Of a stretch of 64,000 nucleotides of DNA, positions 39,416 through 48,124 are shown one piece after another (the first letter of the stretch is position 1; each line of letters begins with the position of its first letter). Origin of the DNA: Polyangiaceae bacterium (GTDB lineage: Bacteria > Myxococcota_A > Polyangia > Polyangiales > Polyangiaceae); NCBI GenBank assembly GCA_033763455.1, contig JANRKO010000039.1:161499-225498 (forward strand). The letters are read 5' to 3'. The translations under genes and the position numbers were made by a program. The notes under the pieces were generated by a model. That model was not told the origin of the DNA. It did not search any database and worked only from the letters and a program-made list of their open reading frames with translations.

Positions 39416-40330
39416 TTATCTCCACGGTCCGCCCGCTCGCCACAGAGTCAGAAGCAAGGCTCCGCTGGTTGCAGCGTACAACGGACTTTCGACGAATGCG
39501 GCAACCGCCTCGACGGTCGAGACAAGGCTCTGCGCGTCGCGAACACCTGCCTTGCGCACGAAGCCCGACCACTGGGTCTTCTTCGTCGGATCCTCCGTGA
39601 ACGCGTCAGTGAGCGCGATAGGAGTGCTTGTTGGAAGAGGCGTTTTTCGACGTTCGAACGTCGCGCGGATAGCGCGGGTCAGAAGCTTCCCATCGAAGTC
39701 GAAATCGCGCGCTAGGACAGCCACGTCGTAAAAGTCCTTCATGCGGCTGTTCGCCATCCCAAGCTGCACCATCGCGTCGAGCTTCTCTGCAACCACTGTT
39801 TCACGCGGGTATGCTCGCAGGAGTGGCGGGGGGAAGTTCAGTAGCGGCGGGAACTCGACAACGCTTGCTTCCGGCGTGATGACATCTCCGAATCCGACAT
39901 CAACCTGGAGCCGCACTTGTGCCGTCGTCACACGAGCGACGACCTCAACGCGAACGCCTCCGTATTGCTGCTCCTCGCGGATTAGGCCAACCGCAAGCGT
40001 TTCGAGGTCAAAGCGGACGCCATCGTCGGGAACGTCGAGCGCAAGCACTTCGGCGAAGATGGAACGCACCCGGCTCTCGCCTGGATCTCCAAACCCGAGC
40101 AGGTCAAGGTCGCGAGTGGCGCGATGCGGCTTGCCCGTCCACAGAGTAAAGAGAGCCGCGCCCTTGAGAACAAACCTCTCGCCGTGCTTGGACGTTGCGA
40201 GCCGGAAGAGTAGGCGCTCGTTCGCATACCTCGTAAGCACGAGTTGGAAATCCTCGCCCTCAGTCCTTGCGAGGTGAAGGAGGCGAGCACGCACGGAGGC
40301 ACCGACGTCCTTCACGGTTGTCTTCGTCAC
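39416..40330 (-). CDS. abiEii: AbiEii nucleotidyltransferase toxin (type IV TA)
   Basis: FVLKGA, RATRDLD, AEKLDA, NSRMKDFYD. Confidence 0.92.
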   Translation of the reverse strand: MTKTTVKDVGASVRARLLHLARTEGEDFQLVLTRYANERLLFRLATSKHGERFVLKGAALFTLWTGKPHRATRDLDLLGFGDPGESRVRSIFAEVLALDVPDDGVRFDLETLAVGLIREEQQYGGVRVEVVARVTTAQVRLQVDVGFGDVITPEASVVEFPPLLNFPPPLLRAYPRETVVAEKLDAMVQLGMANSRMKDFYDVAVLARDFDFDGKLLTRAIRATFERRKTPLPTSTPIALTDAFTEDPTKKTQWSGFVRKAGVRDAQSLVSTVEAVAAFVESPLYAATSGALLLTLWRAGGPWR

Positions 40331-40935
40331 GCGAGCGCCTCCACGTAGGGCCGCATAAATGCGTAGATACGATCAGCGCGGGCAGCAGCGACAAGCGCAT
40401 CGATGCTACCTTTGCGTTTCTTGAGGTAGTCCTTGAGTGCAGCGATGGCAACTTCAAGCCCAACGTGTTGGCGAAACCGGAAGCAGTCAGCCACAGTCTT
40501 CGCCGGCGTGGTCAGGTGAACCTTGACACCTTCGAGGCGGCGCGTTTCGACGCCATGCTCACGGGCGGCACCGCTAGCCCGGACAATCTCAAGCTTGGGA
40601 GACGCGAGCTTCGGCAGCCGTGCATGCCGATCAATGAGCATCCAAACCGCGTGCGGTGCCTCCGTCGTCATGCCGTGGAACTGCAGCGCGCTTAGCAGGC
40701 AGACAACCCCATGCGGTACCCGCTTGCTCACCTCGACGAGAGAGCTGAGCTCGGTCACAGGGGCGTCGACGAGCCGATAGAGCCCGCGGTCCACCTGCTC
40801 TAGGAGGCCCCGCTCGCAGAGACGCTTGAGGTACGCTCTCGGGATGCCAACAGTTTCCAGGTCGCGCGCCCGTACGGGGCCTTTTTTGGCAAGGCGGAGG
40901 AGCCCGGCGGTTTTTGTGGTGGCGCGGGGAGGCAT
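40327..40935 (-). CDS. abiEi: AbiEi antitoxin / transcriptional regulator
   Basis: RGLYRL, CLLSALQFHGMTT, KTVADCFRFR. Confidence 0.92.
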   Translation of the reverse strand: MPPRATTKTAGLLRLAKKGPVRARDLETVGIPRAYLKRLCERGLLEQVDRGLYRLVDAPVTELSSLVEVSKRVPHGVVCLLSALQFHGMTTEAPHAVWMLIDRHARLPKLASPKLEIVRASGAAREHGVETRRLEGVKVHLTTPAKTVADCFRFRQHVGLEVAIAALKDYLKKRKGSIDALVAAARADRIYAFMRPYVEALA

Positions 40936-40947
40936 GTTACGAAACGA

Positions 40948-40968
40948 TGTCCCTAAAAATTGTGGACA
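40948..40968. promoter_or_regulatory. Possible AbiEi operator
   Basis: TGTCC-N11-GGACA immediately upstream of the abiEi ATG. Confidence 0.4.
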
Positions 40969-41086
40969 GACGATACGTATCATTCATCCGTCTGCTATTC
41001 AAGGCCAGCGCAGCCAACTCCAACCAACTCCCTGCCTCACGACGCTACCTGTTTAGCTTGTGTGCTTGGGCCACCGAGAAGACGGA

Positions 41087-41180
41087 AACGAGGCGAAAAC
41101 AGTCTACGACACCTGTTGGCGCGCCATTTCGGACCATTTTGTTGACCTCAACAAAATGGTCGGTGCGGGGGGTTCGCGCT
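41087..41180 (+). pseudogene. dinD-like fragment containing a perfect hairpin
   Basis: Translates AKT...AISDHFVDLNKMVGAGG (DinD motif); DNA GACCATTTTGTTGA-CC-TCAACAAAATGGTC at 41132-41161. Confidence 0.6.
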
Positions 41181-41193
41181 CTCGTGTGCCGGG

Positions 41194-41532
41194 CTACCGT
41201 GTCTGTTGGTTCCACCCTGCAAGGACGGCTGCAGCTGCTCGTCGGACACCCGCGTGTGCGTCTCCCTTAGCGATCGTCTCGATAACCACTCGAACGTCCT
41301 CAAAGCCCAATTCAGCCAGCCCATAGAGCGCCCCCTCCCGTACGAGAGCGCTCTTGTGCTTCAACAAAGGCACCAACGTCTGCCGCACCAGCGCGACATC
41401 CTCGACTCGTCCAATGGCTTCTGCAGCAAGGGAAAGCTCCGTATCATTTAGAAGCCCTTCGGTAGTGAGCAAGCTCGCGAGGCTCCTCGGCGAACTCGCG
41501 GCTAGCGCAACAAACTGTTCCTCGCAGGTCAT
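41194..41532 (-). CDS. Small HEAT-repeat protein
   Basis: LVPLLKHKSALVREGALYGLAEL, DAHAGVRRAAAAVL; ATG 2 nt after the parE stop. Confidence 0.75.
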   Translation of the reverse strand: MTCEEQFVALAASSPRSLASLLTTEGLLNDTELSLAAEAIGRVEDVALVRQTLVPLLKHKSALVREGALYGLAELGFEDVRVVIETIAKGDAHAGVRRAAAAVLAGWNQQTR

Positions 41533-41534
41533 GG

Positions 41535-41747
41535 TCACCGCGCTCGTCCAATCCAATACAACGGCCGGCGCCGGACGTGCACGACGGCCAAAACGGCCAG
41601 TACCCCGGCAAACGCCTGGTAGGCAAGAGCGTAGGGAAATCGCGGCAACAAGAAACGCCGGATGGGCGGAATGCGGGCTGGAGCTCCATACCAGGTAGCC
41701 GCGTCCTCGAGCTCGGATTCAGCCTCAGCGAGTAGTACGAGCCTCAC
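41535..41747 (-). pseudogene. RelE/ParE-family toxin with in-frame internal deletion
   Basis: EAESELEDAATWY is joined directly to GAPARIPPIRRFLLPRFPY...AVVHVRRRPLYW; the usual ~30-aa second helix is absent (70 aa total). Confidence 0.75.
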
Positions 41748-41976
41748 GACGAGCTTTCAGTCGGTCGGTGATGCGCTTCTCGGCGTCGTCCCAGGTTACC
41801 AGCGTTGCCGTGCCGTTGGCGACCGCTTGCGCCCGACGATCGATCTCCTCGATCCAAGCCTGTTCAGCACCAGGGTCGGGGTCGCCATCAAGGCTGAGCA
41901 AGAGATCCTTGGCAAGCGCGGCGCGCTCGTCGACCGGCAACGCCAGGGCTTCTCGTCGGAGGTGGTCAGCGCTCAT
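41725..41976 (-). CDS. Addiction-module antitoxin (TIGR02574-like)
   Basis: ALALPVDERAALA...LLSLD...AWIEEIDRR...WDD. Confidence 0.88.
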   Translation of the reverse strand: MSADHLRREALALPVDERAALAKDLLLSLDGDPDPGAEQAWIEEIDRRAQAVANGTATLVTWDDAEKRITDRLKARREARTTR

Positions 41977-42024
41977 GAGCCAAGGATAGCACCATTCGGT
42001 GCCCGAGGCCGAGTGTCCCGGTAA

Positions 42025-42154
42025 GATGCCCCCTCTCGTCCGCCCTCCGGCGCGCGGAAGAATGTTGAGTGGCGAACGGCAACTCGCGCGCCTGCGGGCG
42101 GCCGGTCTCGCCCCTTATCCGTGCGAGGTTAGCTCGCACGGATGGGGGAGACGG
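42025..42154. repeat. ~130-bp structured island repeat, copy 1
   Basis: gatgccccctctcgtcc...ggcgcgcggaagaatgttg...cgcgcgcctgcgggcggccggtctcgccccttatccgtgcgag-loop-ctcgcacggatggggg. Confidence 0.95.
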
Positions 42155-42162
42155 TTACGCAC

Positions 42163-42927
42163 TCAACGACCGACTTGAGGCAACTGTATCGCTGGCGCCC
42201 TCGGAATCCGCGCTGACGCAACACGCGGCATTTCGTCCCAGGTTCGATCATCCAACATGCGCCCATTCTTCGATTTCATCACGCCGCCCCATTGCTTGAA
42301 AAAGAAGGGCACTCGTGATGCCAGGCATTGTTCTCGAATATCTCGAACCCACGCCGCATCCATGGGTCGCGCTCCGTGCCCACTCTCGCCGCCCACAATT
42401 ACCCAGTGGATCCCCTCGAGTTTTAGCGTTCCCACGGGCCCAAGCAGTGGCTCGATGCTCAGAAATCGTACTTTCGCTGGCACGCGCCGTAAATGGTCTA
42501 TGCGCGACGTGTACTTGGCATTTTCGACGCTCACGCCGAGCCATACGTTAGGCGTTGGGTGGAGCCGACCGGCGAGTTCAGCCAGGCGCTCAGGACGTTT
42601 GGTCAGCACCTGAAAGCGATGTTGCGGGCAGTCCCGCATTACCGCGAAGACGAGTTCGATGTACTCGGTGGGCACGTCCTCGTGAAAGAGATCTGACATG
42701 CTGTTCACAAACACGAGGCGCCCCCGTCGCCAACGCTTGGGCAGCTCGAGTGCAGAAGGCACTAGCTTGAGATCGAAGCCTTGTTCAAACGGATGACCAG
42801 GAACCCCTCGAAAGCGTTCGGCTAACGTTTCGGCGTAGCAATGCTTGCAGCCGGGTGAGACCTTGGTGCAGCCACGCACTGGGTTCCAAGTGGCGTCGGT
42901 CCATTCGATGGGGCTGCGGTCACTCAT
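42163..42927 (-). CDS. Phage Gp37/Gp68 (DUF5131) family protein
   Basis: IEWTDATWNPVRGCTKVSPGCKHCYAE, FVNSMSDLFH, WVIVGGESG, FFFKQWGG. Confidence 0.92.
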   Translation of the reverse strand: MSDRSPIEWTDATWNPVRGCTKVSPGCKHCYAETLAERFRGVPGHPFEQGFDLKLVPSALELPKRWRRGRLVFVNSMSDLFHEDVPTEYIELVFAVMRDCPQHRFQVLTKRPERLAELAGRLHPTPNVWLGVSVENAKYTSRIDHLRRVPAKVRFLSIEPLLGPVGTLKLEGIHWVIVGGESGHGARPMDAAWVRDIREQCLASRVPFFFKQWGGVMKSKNGRMLDDRTWDEMPRVASARIPRAPAIQLPQVGR

Positions 42928-43074
42928 GGGGGCTCGTTGCTTGCGGCATGTACGGATGCGCAGTATAGCTGAGCTCGGGCGCATGGGTCGGCGAGTGTTC
43001 TTGGAAATTCCAAGTGAGTACGTGGGAAGCGAGCCACGCTATCTGAAGCACCAGCTCGACGTGGAGGCGGAGGC

Positions 43075-44226
43075 ATGACGCGCGTGCACGTCAAGCCGGA
43101 GCTTCTGCGCTGGGCCTGCGAACGGTCGCGGATCGACGAGGTCGTGCTGAGCGTGCGCTTCCCGCACGTCGAGGCGTGGGAGCGAGGACACAAACAGCCG
43201 ACGCTCAAACAGCTCGAGGCGTTCGCCAAGGCCACGCACACGCCGCTTGGCTACTTCTTCCTCCCTGAGCACCCCGTCGAGCGCCTGCCAATTCAGGACT
43301 TCCGCACTGTTCGCAGCAAGGTTGCTCAGCCGAGCGCCGACCTACTCGACACGATCTACGCCATGCAGCGGCGGCAGGACTTTATGAGCGAGGAGCGGCG
43401 CGACGGTGAGGGCGAGCCCCTCGATTTCGTTGGCAGTGCGCGCCTCGCTGATAACCCGGAGGCGGTGGGGCGCGAGATGCGTCGCGTCGTCGGGCTCGAC
43501 GACGGCTGGGCGGCGGAGGTCAAGACCTGGACGGAAGCTGTGGGTGAGCTGCGGCGGCGCGCAGAGAAGCTCGGCGTGATCGCGGTGATCAACGGCGTCG
43601 TGGGGAACAACACGTCCCGCAAGCTCGACGTTGACGAGTTCCGTGGCTTTGCACTGACGGACTCGTACGCCCCGCTCATTTTCGTGAATGGCGCTGATGC
43701 GAAGTCGGCTCAGATGTTCACGTTAGCGCACGAGCTAGCGCACCTTTGGCTCGGACGCGACGGCGAAGGGGTTTCGGGTTTCGAGGGCATCTTCCCGGGT
43801 GGCGAGCGCGTCGAACAGTTCTGCGACCGCGCGGCAGCCGAGTTTCTCGTGGCGGGCGACGAGCTGAAGAAGCAGTGGCCGACGGTGAAACAAGCAGGCG
43901 ACCGGTTCGAGCGGCTCGCGCGTCATTTCAAGGTCAGCCCCATCGTCGCAGCACGGCGTGCAATGGATCTGCGCCTCGTGGGTCGCGATGCGTTCTTCAA
44001 GTTCTACAATGACTACACGCAGCGCGAACGCGATCAGGTGAAGGCCGCGAGCGGTGGTGACTTCTACAACACGCAGAACACCCGCCTCGGCCAGAGCTTC
44101 GCGCTCGCCGTCATGCGGGCCGCCCTCGAGGGGCGGTTGAGCTTCAAAGAGGCGTACGACCTCACCGGTCTGCGCGGCGGCGCGTTTCAGGAGTACGGGC
44201 GTCGACTGGGAGTGCCGCTGCCGTGA
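43075..44226 (+). CDS. HTH + ImmA/IrrE Zn-metallopeptidase
   Basis: WERGHKQPTLKQLEAFA (HTH), DFR, FRGFAL, FTLAHELAHLW. Confidence 0.92.
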   Translation: MTRVHVKPELLRWACERSRIDEVVLSVRFPHVEAWERGHKQPTLKQLEAFAKATHTPLGYFFLPEHPVERLPIQDFRTVRSKVAQPSADLLDTIYAMQRRQDFMSEERRDGEGEPLDFVGSARLADNPEAVGREMRRVVGLDDGWAAEVKTWTEAVGELRRRAEKLGVIAVINGVVGNNTSRKLDVDEFRGFALTDSYAPLIFVNGADAKSAQMFTLAHELAHLWLGRDGEGVSGFEGIFPGGERVEQFCDRAAAEFLVAGDELKKQWPTVKQAGDRFERLARHFKVSPIVAARRAMDLRLVGRDAFFKFYNDYTQRERDQVKAASGGDFYNTQNTRLGQSFALAVMRAALEGRLSFKEAYDLTGLRGGAFQEYGRRLGVPLP

Positions 44227-44348
44227 ACAAAGGCGCCGTCTACATCCTGGACTCCGACGTCTTCATCGCAGCGAAGAACACCTACTACGCCTTCGACATC
44301 TGTCCCGGTTTCTGGGAGTCGATCGTCCAAGCCCACCGCCACGCGTAG
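44223..44348 (+). pseudogene. Truncated DUF4411 (PIN-fold) partner of the ImmA gene
   Basis: Manual translation: MNKGAVYILDSDVFIAAKNTYYAFDICPGFWESIVQAHRHA-stop; GTGA overlap with the ImmA gene. Confidence 0.85.
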
Positions 44349-44472
44349 CGCCTCGCATACTTGCCGACCTCAGCTTTGCTGAAGTCGTACTCTTCGAGGA
44401 GATCCGGATCATTGGTAATGGGCTTGCTCATGTGCGTCGTCGCTCGCTTGGGGTAGCAATTCTAGCGCTCGC
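44341..44472 (-). pseudogene. BrnT 3' remnant plus BrnA-like 5' remnant
   Basis: Minus strand SARIATPSERRR-stop overlaps ATG 44431: MSKPITNDPDLLEEYDFSKAEVGKYARRYA, after which similarity is lost. Confidence 0.65.
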
Positions 44473-44910
44473 TCAGCGAGGCTTCGTCGTGCCTGGCACG
44501 AGTTCGAAGCCGAAAGTCCAGAAATCAGAGTCAAAGGAAAAAATACGAAACATGTCGTAGCGCAACATCACGGCTGCACACAAAGCATCATGGTAGCTCA
44601 AACTCTTGTCGGCATACTTCTGGACGAGTTCAATTGCCTTGTGCTCGTCCTCTTCACCGAATGCGATCGTCCGAACTCTTGACGCGCGGAGCATGCCGAA
44701 CCCCTTCAGAGCGAGATCTAGGGAACCATCATATCGAAGACGTGTGAACGATTCGTGTGCGGTTACATCGACAGCACAGAACAACACATCCGTCTGCATC
44801 TTGGCGAAGCATTCACTCGCAATGCTGTGATAAGCGTCATCCACATCCGCAAGCGCCACGGTCGCAGATGTGTCGATGAGAACGGCATTTGCGTAAGCGA
44901 CCCCAATCAC
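44473..44910 (-). CDS. PIN-domain ribonuclease
   Basis: LIDTSA, AHESF, SYHDAL, FSFDSDF: all four acidic positions present. Confidence 0.88.
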   Translation of the reverse strand: MIGVAYANAVLIDTSATVALADVDDAYHSIASECFAKMQTDVLFCAVDVTAHESFTRLRYDGSLDLALKGFGMLRASRVRTIAFGEEDEHKAIELVQKYADKSLSYHDALCAAVMLRYDMFRIFSFDSDFWTFGFELVPGTTKPR

Positions 44911-45137
44911 TTGAGAGGCGCTAGATTCGGCTCCCCGGAGACCTTATGCCACCCCTCAGCAAGCGCCGGTGGAACCCCTTCAACGACGCGTCGCAGCGCA
45001 CCGTCGATTACACGGTACGTTCCTGGAGGAAGGAACGACTGGGCGTGTGGCGCCGATTCCGGAAGTGACCTTGTAAAGTAGTTCACCGCATGCTCAGCAG
45101 TGGAGAGGGAGAATTGTTCGGAAACAAACTTCGTCAT
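44907..45137 (-). CDS. 76-aa hypothetical protein
   Basis: 4-nt start/stop overlaps with both neighbours. Confidence 0.75.
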   Translation of the reverse strand: MTKFVSEQFSLSTAEHAVNYFTRSLPESAPHAQSFLPPGTYRVIDGALRRVVEGVPPALAEGWHKVSGEPNLAPLK

Positions 45138-46240
45138 TTGTCGAACCCTTGTTGCGCTTTGTTGTGTGCCCAGCCGCGAGACAGTACCTCAACATGGAAC
45201 GACCGGGGAAGCCCTCTAATAAGTGGCATCGGTTGACCTGGCGGAAGCTGGATCTGGACTTCTGGCGGGAGGGCCGAACTTTGTCCTAGCACGGCCTGGG
45301 TCTCGTGCAGGTAGCCCCAAGCAGTAGACTCCAAGACGCCCCCAATAAATCGCACTTTTTTGGACGTCTCATCCCCCATAAACGCCGAGAGGAAGAATGG
45401 ACGCCGAAGCTCGAAGGTATCCTCGTACGAGCGCAAGAGGACATCAAGCGCGCCAGCTAGCTCGTCGGAAGCGAAGTCAACATGCTCGGCCCCAAGGATG
45501 TCTCTTGCTTCGTAGCGGTTAACCATGTGCAGATGAGACCAAAACCGCGTCGTCAGCGCTTCAATGATCTGATCCTCACGCCGATTGGGAATGGGGTGGA
45601 GCAGAAGCAGCTTCTTGGCAAGCTGCTGAATTTGCTGGTGCACGCGGTAGACGTTTCCTAGCGCAAGGGGGTGTACCTCGTGTGCCAATCGCCCAAGATA
45701 AGGACCCACGTTCTGCCGCAGCGCCTCTAGTTCGTTGGCAGGGTCGATCTGGAACTGGTCAAGGATAAAACTGCGAAAGGCTCGTACATCTTCCACGCTA
45801 ATTGCAAGCCTCGAAGTCGACCTTGCGGGATCCAAGGGATTGAACTGATTCCCAGTACTTGGATCAATTGGGCTGAGCTCAGCCATAGCCGTCAGCACAA
45901 TCTTCTTTGCACCTAACGCAAGGAGGCTACCTGCACTGTGGCAACGAAACGGCACGAGCACTTCGAAGTCTGGATCAAACTCACGCACTATGCTGACCAA
46001 CGGCCACACGCCGTTTACATCACCGCCTCGCGTGTAGAGACAGATGTCGATCTTAGATGAGCCGGTTTCCTTCAACACCCGAAATAGTGCAGCTTTTGTG
46101 TCGGCATTAAATGCCGTGTCCAGCCCCAGTGGCACTGCCGGTTCGCTCAATCTGTCGAAGTTGAAGAAACAGATCATCTTTCGTCCAGGCCTGAGCGCCT
46201 CGACCTGCTCGATCAAACCCTTACGTGTCTCGTAGTCCAT
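45134..46240 (-). CDS. ClpP/crotonase-fold serine protease (SDH_sah-like)
   Basis: IDICLYTRGGD, VLVPFRCHSAGSLLALGA, ELSPIDP, FWSHLH. Confidence 0.85.
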   Translation of the reverse strand: MDYETRKGLIEQVEALRPGRKMICFFNFDRLSEPAVPLGLDTAFNADTKAALFRVLKETGSSKIDICLYTRGGDVNGVWPLVSIVREFDPDFEVLVPFRCHSAGSLLALGAKKIVLTAMAELSPIDPSTGNQFNPLDPARSTSRLAISVEDVRAFRSFILDQFQIDPANELEALRQNVGPYLGRLAHEVHPLALGNVYRVHQQIQQLAKKLLLLHPIPNRREDQIIEALTTRFWSHLHMVNRYEARDILGAEHVDFASDELAGALDVLLRSYEDTFELRRPFFLSAFMGDETSKKVRFIGGVLESTAWGYLHETQAVLGQSSALPPEVQIQLPPGQPMPLIRGLPRSFHVEVLSRGWAHNKAQQGFDK

Positions 46241-46383
46241 AGGTCACCTGACGCGTGTTCAACTCGGCTTCTCTCCCGCTCGTGGCCGCAACCAAACGCG
46301 AGCGTAGGATTATGCCGGGCTGCCTCCCATGGCAAGATTTGGTGCGCAATGGGTTTCATCCCCCTGGGTTCTGTGATGCATGC

Positions 46384-46514
46384 GATGCCCCCTCTCGTCC
46401 GGCCTCCGGCGCGCGGAAGAATGTTGGCTCGGGAGCGGTAGCTCGCGCGCCCTGCGGGCGGCCGGTCTCTCCCCTTAGCCGTGCGAGGTTGAATCGCACG
46501 GATGGGGGAAACGG
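46384..46514. repeat. ~130-bp structured island repeat, copy 2
   Basis: Aligns end to end with copy 1; differences fall mostly in the loops. Confidence 0.95.
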
Positions 46515-46571
46515 CTAGAGATCGCCCCTTCGCTACGGCGCCCATTCTGCTAGAATCCACGAGGAGTAACC

Positions 46572-46829
46572 GTGAACGCGATTAAAGTTCAAACGACGGT
46601 AGACGAAGCGACCGCCGCAGCGATCCCCGCGTTTCGGCCCTTGCTTGGGAAGCGAGTCGAGCTTACCGCATCGCAAACGAAAGCAGAGCCCGCCGAACCT
46701 GCAGAGCGGAAGCTGACACTCGACGAGCTGCTTACGCGGCGCATCGACGCACCAGCTGGTGCGCCGCCGCTAACGGACGACGATATTCAGCGAGCAATCG
46801 TCGCGGGCGCGCTCAGCGCAAACCTTTGA
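46572..46829 (+). CDS. Putative antitoxin (VapB-like position)
   Basis: GAGGAG RBS, 85 aa, overlaps a PIN N-terminal remnant. Confidence 0.65.
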   Translation: MNAIKVQTTVDEATAAAIPAFRPLLGKRVELTASQTKAEPAEPAERKLTLDELLTRRIDAPAGAPPLTDDDIQRAIVAGALSANL

Positions 46830-46878
46830 CACGAACGTCGTCCTTCGCGTCGTCTATCGGGACAATCCGGACCAAGCG
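46819..46878 (+). pseudogene. PIN/VapC N-terminal remnant
   Basis: QTFDTNVVLRVVYRDNPDQA, then unrelated sequence. Confidence 0.65.
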
Positions 46879-46902
46879 ATGAGAAAGCAGCCGAAGGCCC
46901 TC

Positions 46903-47259
46903 GGGGAAAGCTCCCGCCCGACGTTATTCAGAAGATCGTACGCGACTCTTACGGCCAATTCCGCCGGTGCTACGAAGCGGGCTTTAGCCCGCAATCCGAA
47001 ATTGCAGGGTCGCATCACCGTAAGGTTCGTAGTCAACCGCGACGGGTGCGTTCCCTCAGCCGTGCTTGCCCACGTTGAAACGCCCACGCCAGCAGAGCCT
47101 GCACAGGAGACCCTAGAATCAGCACCTTCCTCCGAACCTTATCTTCCAGATGCTCAGGTCGTGAAGTGCATTCTCAACGAATACCGGAAACTTGTGTTTC
47201 CCAAACCCGATGGGGAAAGCATCACGGTTGTCTATCCTATTCAATTCGCGCCCGGGTAG
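46903..47259 (+). pseudogene. AgmX/PglI C-terminal-domain fragment, frameshifted
   Basis: GKLPPDVIQKIVRDSYGQFRRCYEAG, frame change near 46983, then LARNPKLQGRITVRFVVNRDG...FPKPDGESITVVYPIQFAPG. Confidence 0.75.
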
Positions 47260-47284
47260 CTGCAGGGCTGCAGGCAATAGCCGC

Positions 47285-47840
47285 TCAGTTCTTGCGTCTC
47301 AATTGCTCAGCGTAGGCTCTCGCTTCAGTAGAGCCCCAAACATCCCGCAAAGCTCCAAAGCTTGAGGCAAAATCCGTGGTGAGGCTTTTCGCGGTCTTGG
47401 AAGGCCTAATGGCTACGGCAGCTACCTCGTTCGACCTGCGCCGTTCCGCAAAGGCGCGCAGGCCAACTTCCAGCTTGGAAAGGTTTACCCATTCGCTCCA
47501 GCCGCAGGGCTCTTGCTTTGCGAATTCGAGCTTACTTCCAGCCTCGTGAGCGATCCGGGCCGCTCCAGCGAAAACATCGGCGCCATTGGCCGAGAACTCG
47601 ACCGATGGGCTCCCCTTGGCAGCCGAGCAAAGCGTCTATCCCAGGCTCGGCTGTGCCGATTGCGAACTCAAGCGCGTCCCGCACCAACTCCTTGGGTTGA
47701 CCCGTGGCATCCGCAATTCGAGGAGCTGCGTGGTGGCACACTTTGTAAAGGCCCTCGATGATCAAGTCGATAACCTGAACGTAAGCTCGCGCCGGAACCC
47801 AGTGTCCGTGGTTTGGAGGGAGGAATCGGAGCGCGTGCAT
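47285..47840 (-). pseudogene. Possible frameshifted hypothetical gene
   Basis: ATG 47840 MHALRFLPP...; a second frame stays open from ~47625 to a stop at 47285; no family recognised. Confidence 0.3.
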
Positions 47841-47934
47841 GGGTCGAGAGATTTTGTAAGGGTAGCTTATTCGAGAGCGAACGGGGGAGTTACTGGCGGA
47901 ATCGCGCGTGAAACCTGAGAGCTGACGGACCTGC

Positions 47935-48063
47935 GATGCCCCCGCTCGTCCGGCCTCCGGCGCGCGGAAGAATGTTGAGTGGCGAACGGCACCTCGCGCA
48001 CCTGCGGGCGGCCGGTCTCGCCCCTTATCCGTGCGAGGTTGGACTCGCTCGGATGGGGGAGAC
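47935..48063. repeat. ~130-bp structured island repeat, copy 3
   Basis: Aligns end to end with copy 1. Confidence 0.95.
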
Positions 48064-48124
48064 TGAGGGAGCGACAAGTCCGAGAACGCAGGCGCCGTAC
48101 GAATACTTGAGGGCACGCGTGCGC

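Noticed and set aside
39373..39731. Full-length GNAT toxin (158-aa ORF)
   Set aside because: After codon ~44 the ORF soon runs antisense into abiEii and has no GNAT motifs.
42110..42150. Hairpin B as group II intron domain V
   Set aside because: The tgcgag/ctcgcacg stem is superficially similar, but the AGC catalytic triad and the GAGCCG...CGGTTC lower stem are absent, and there is no RT gene.
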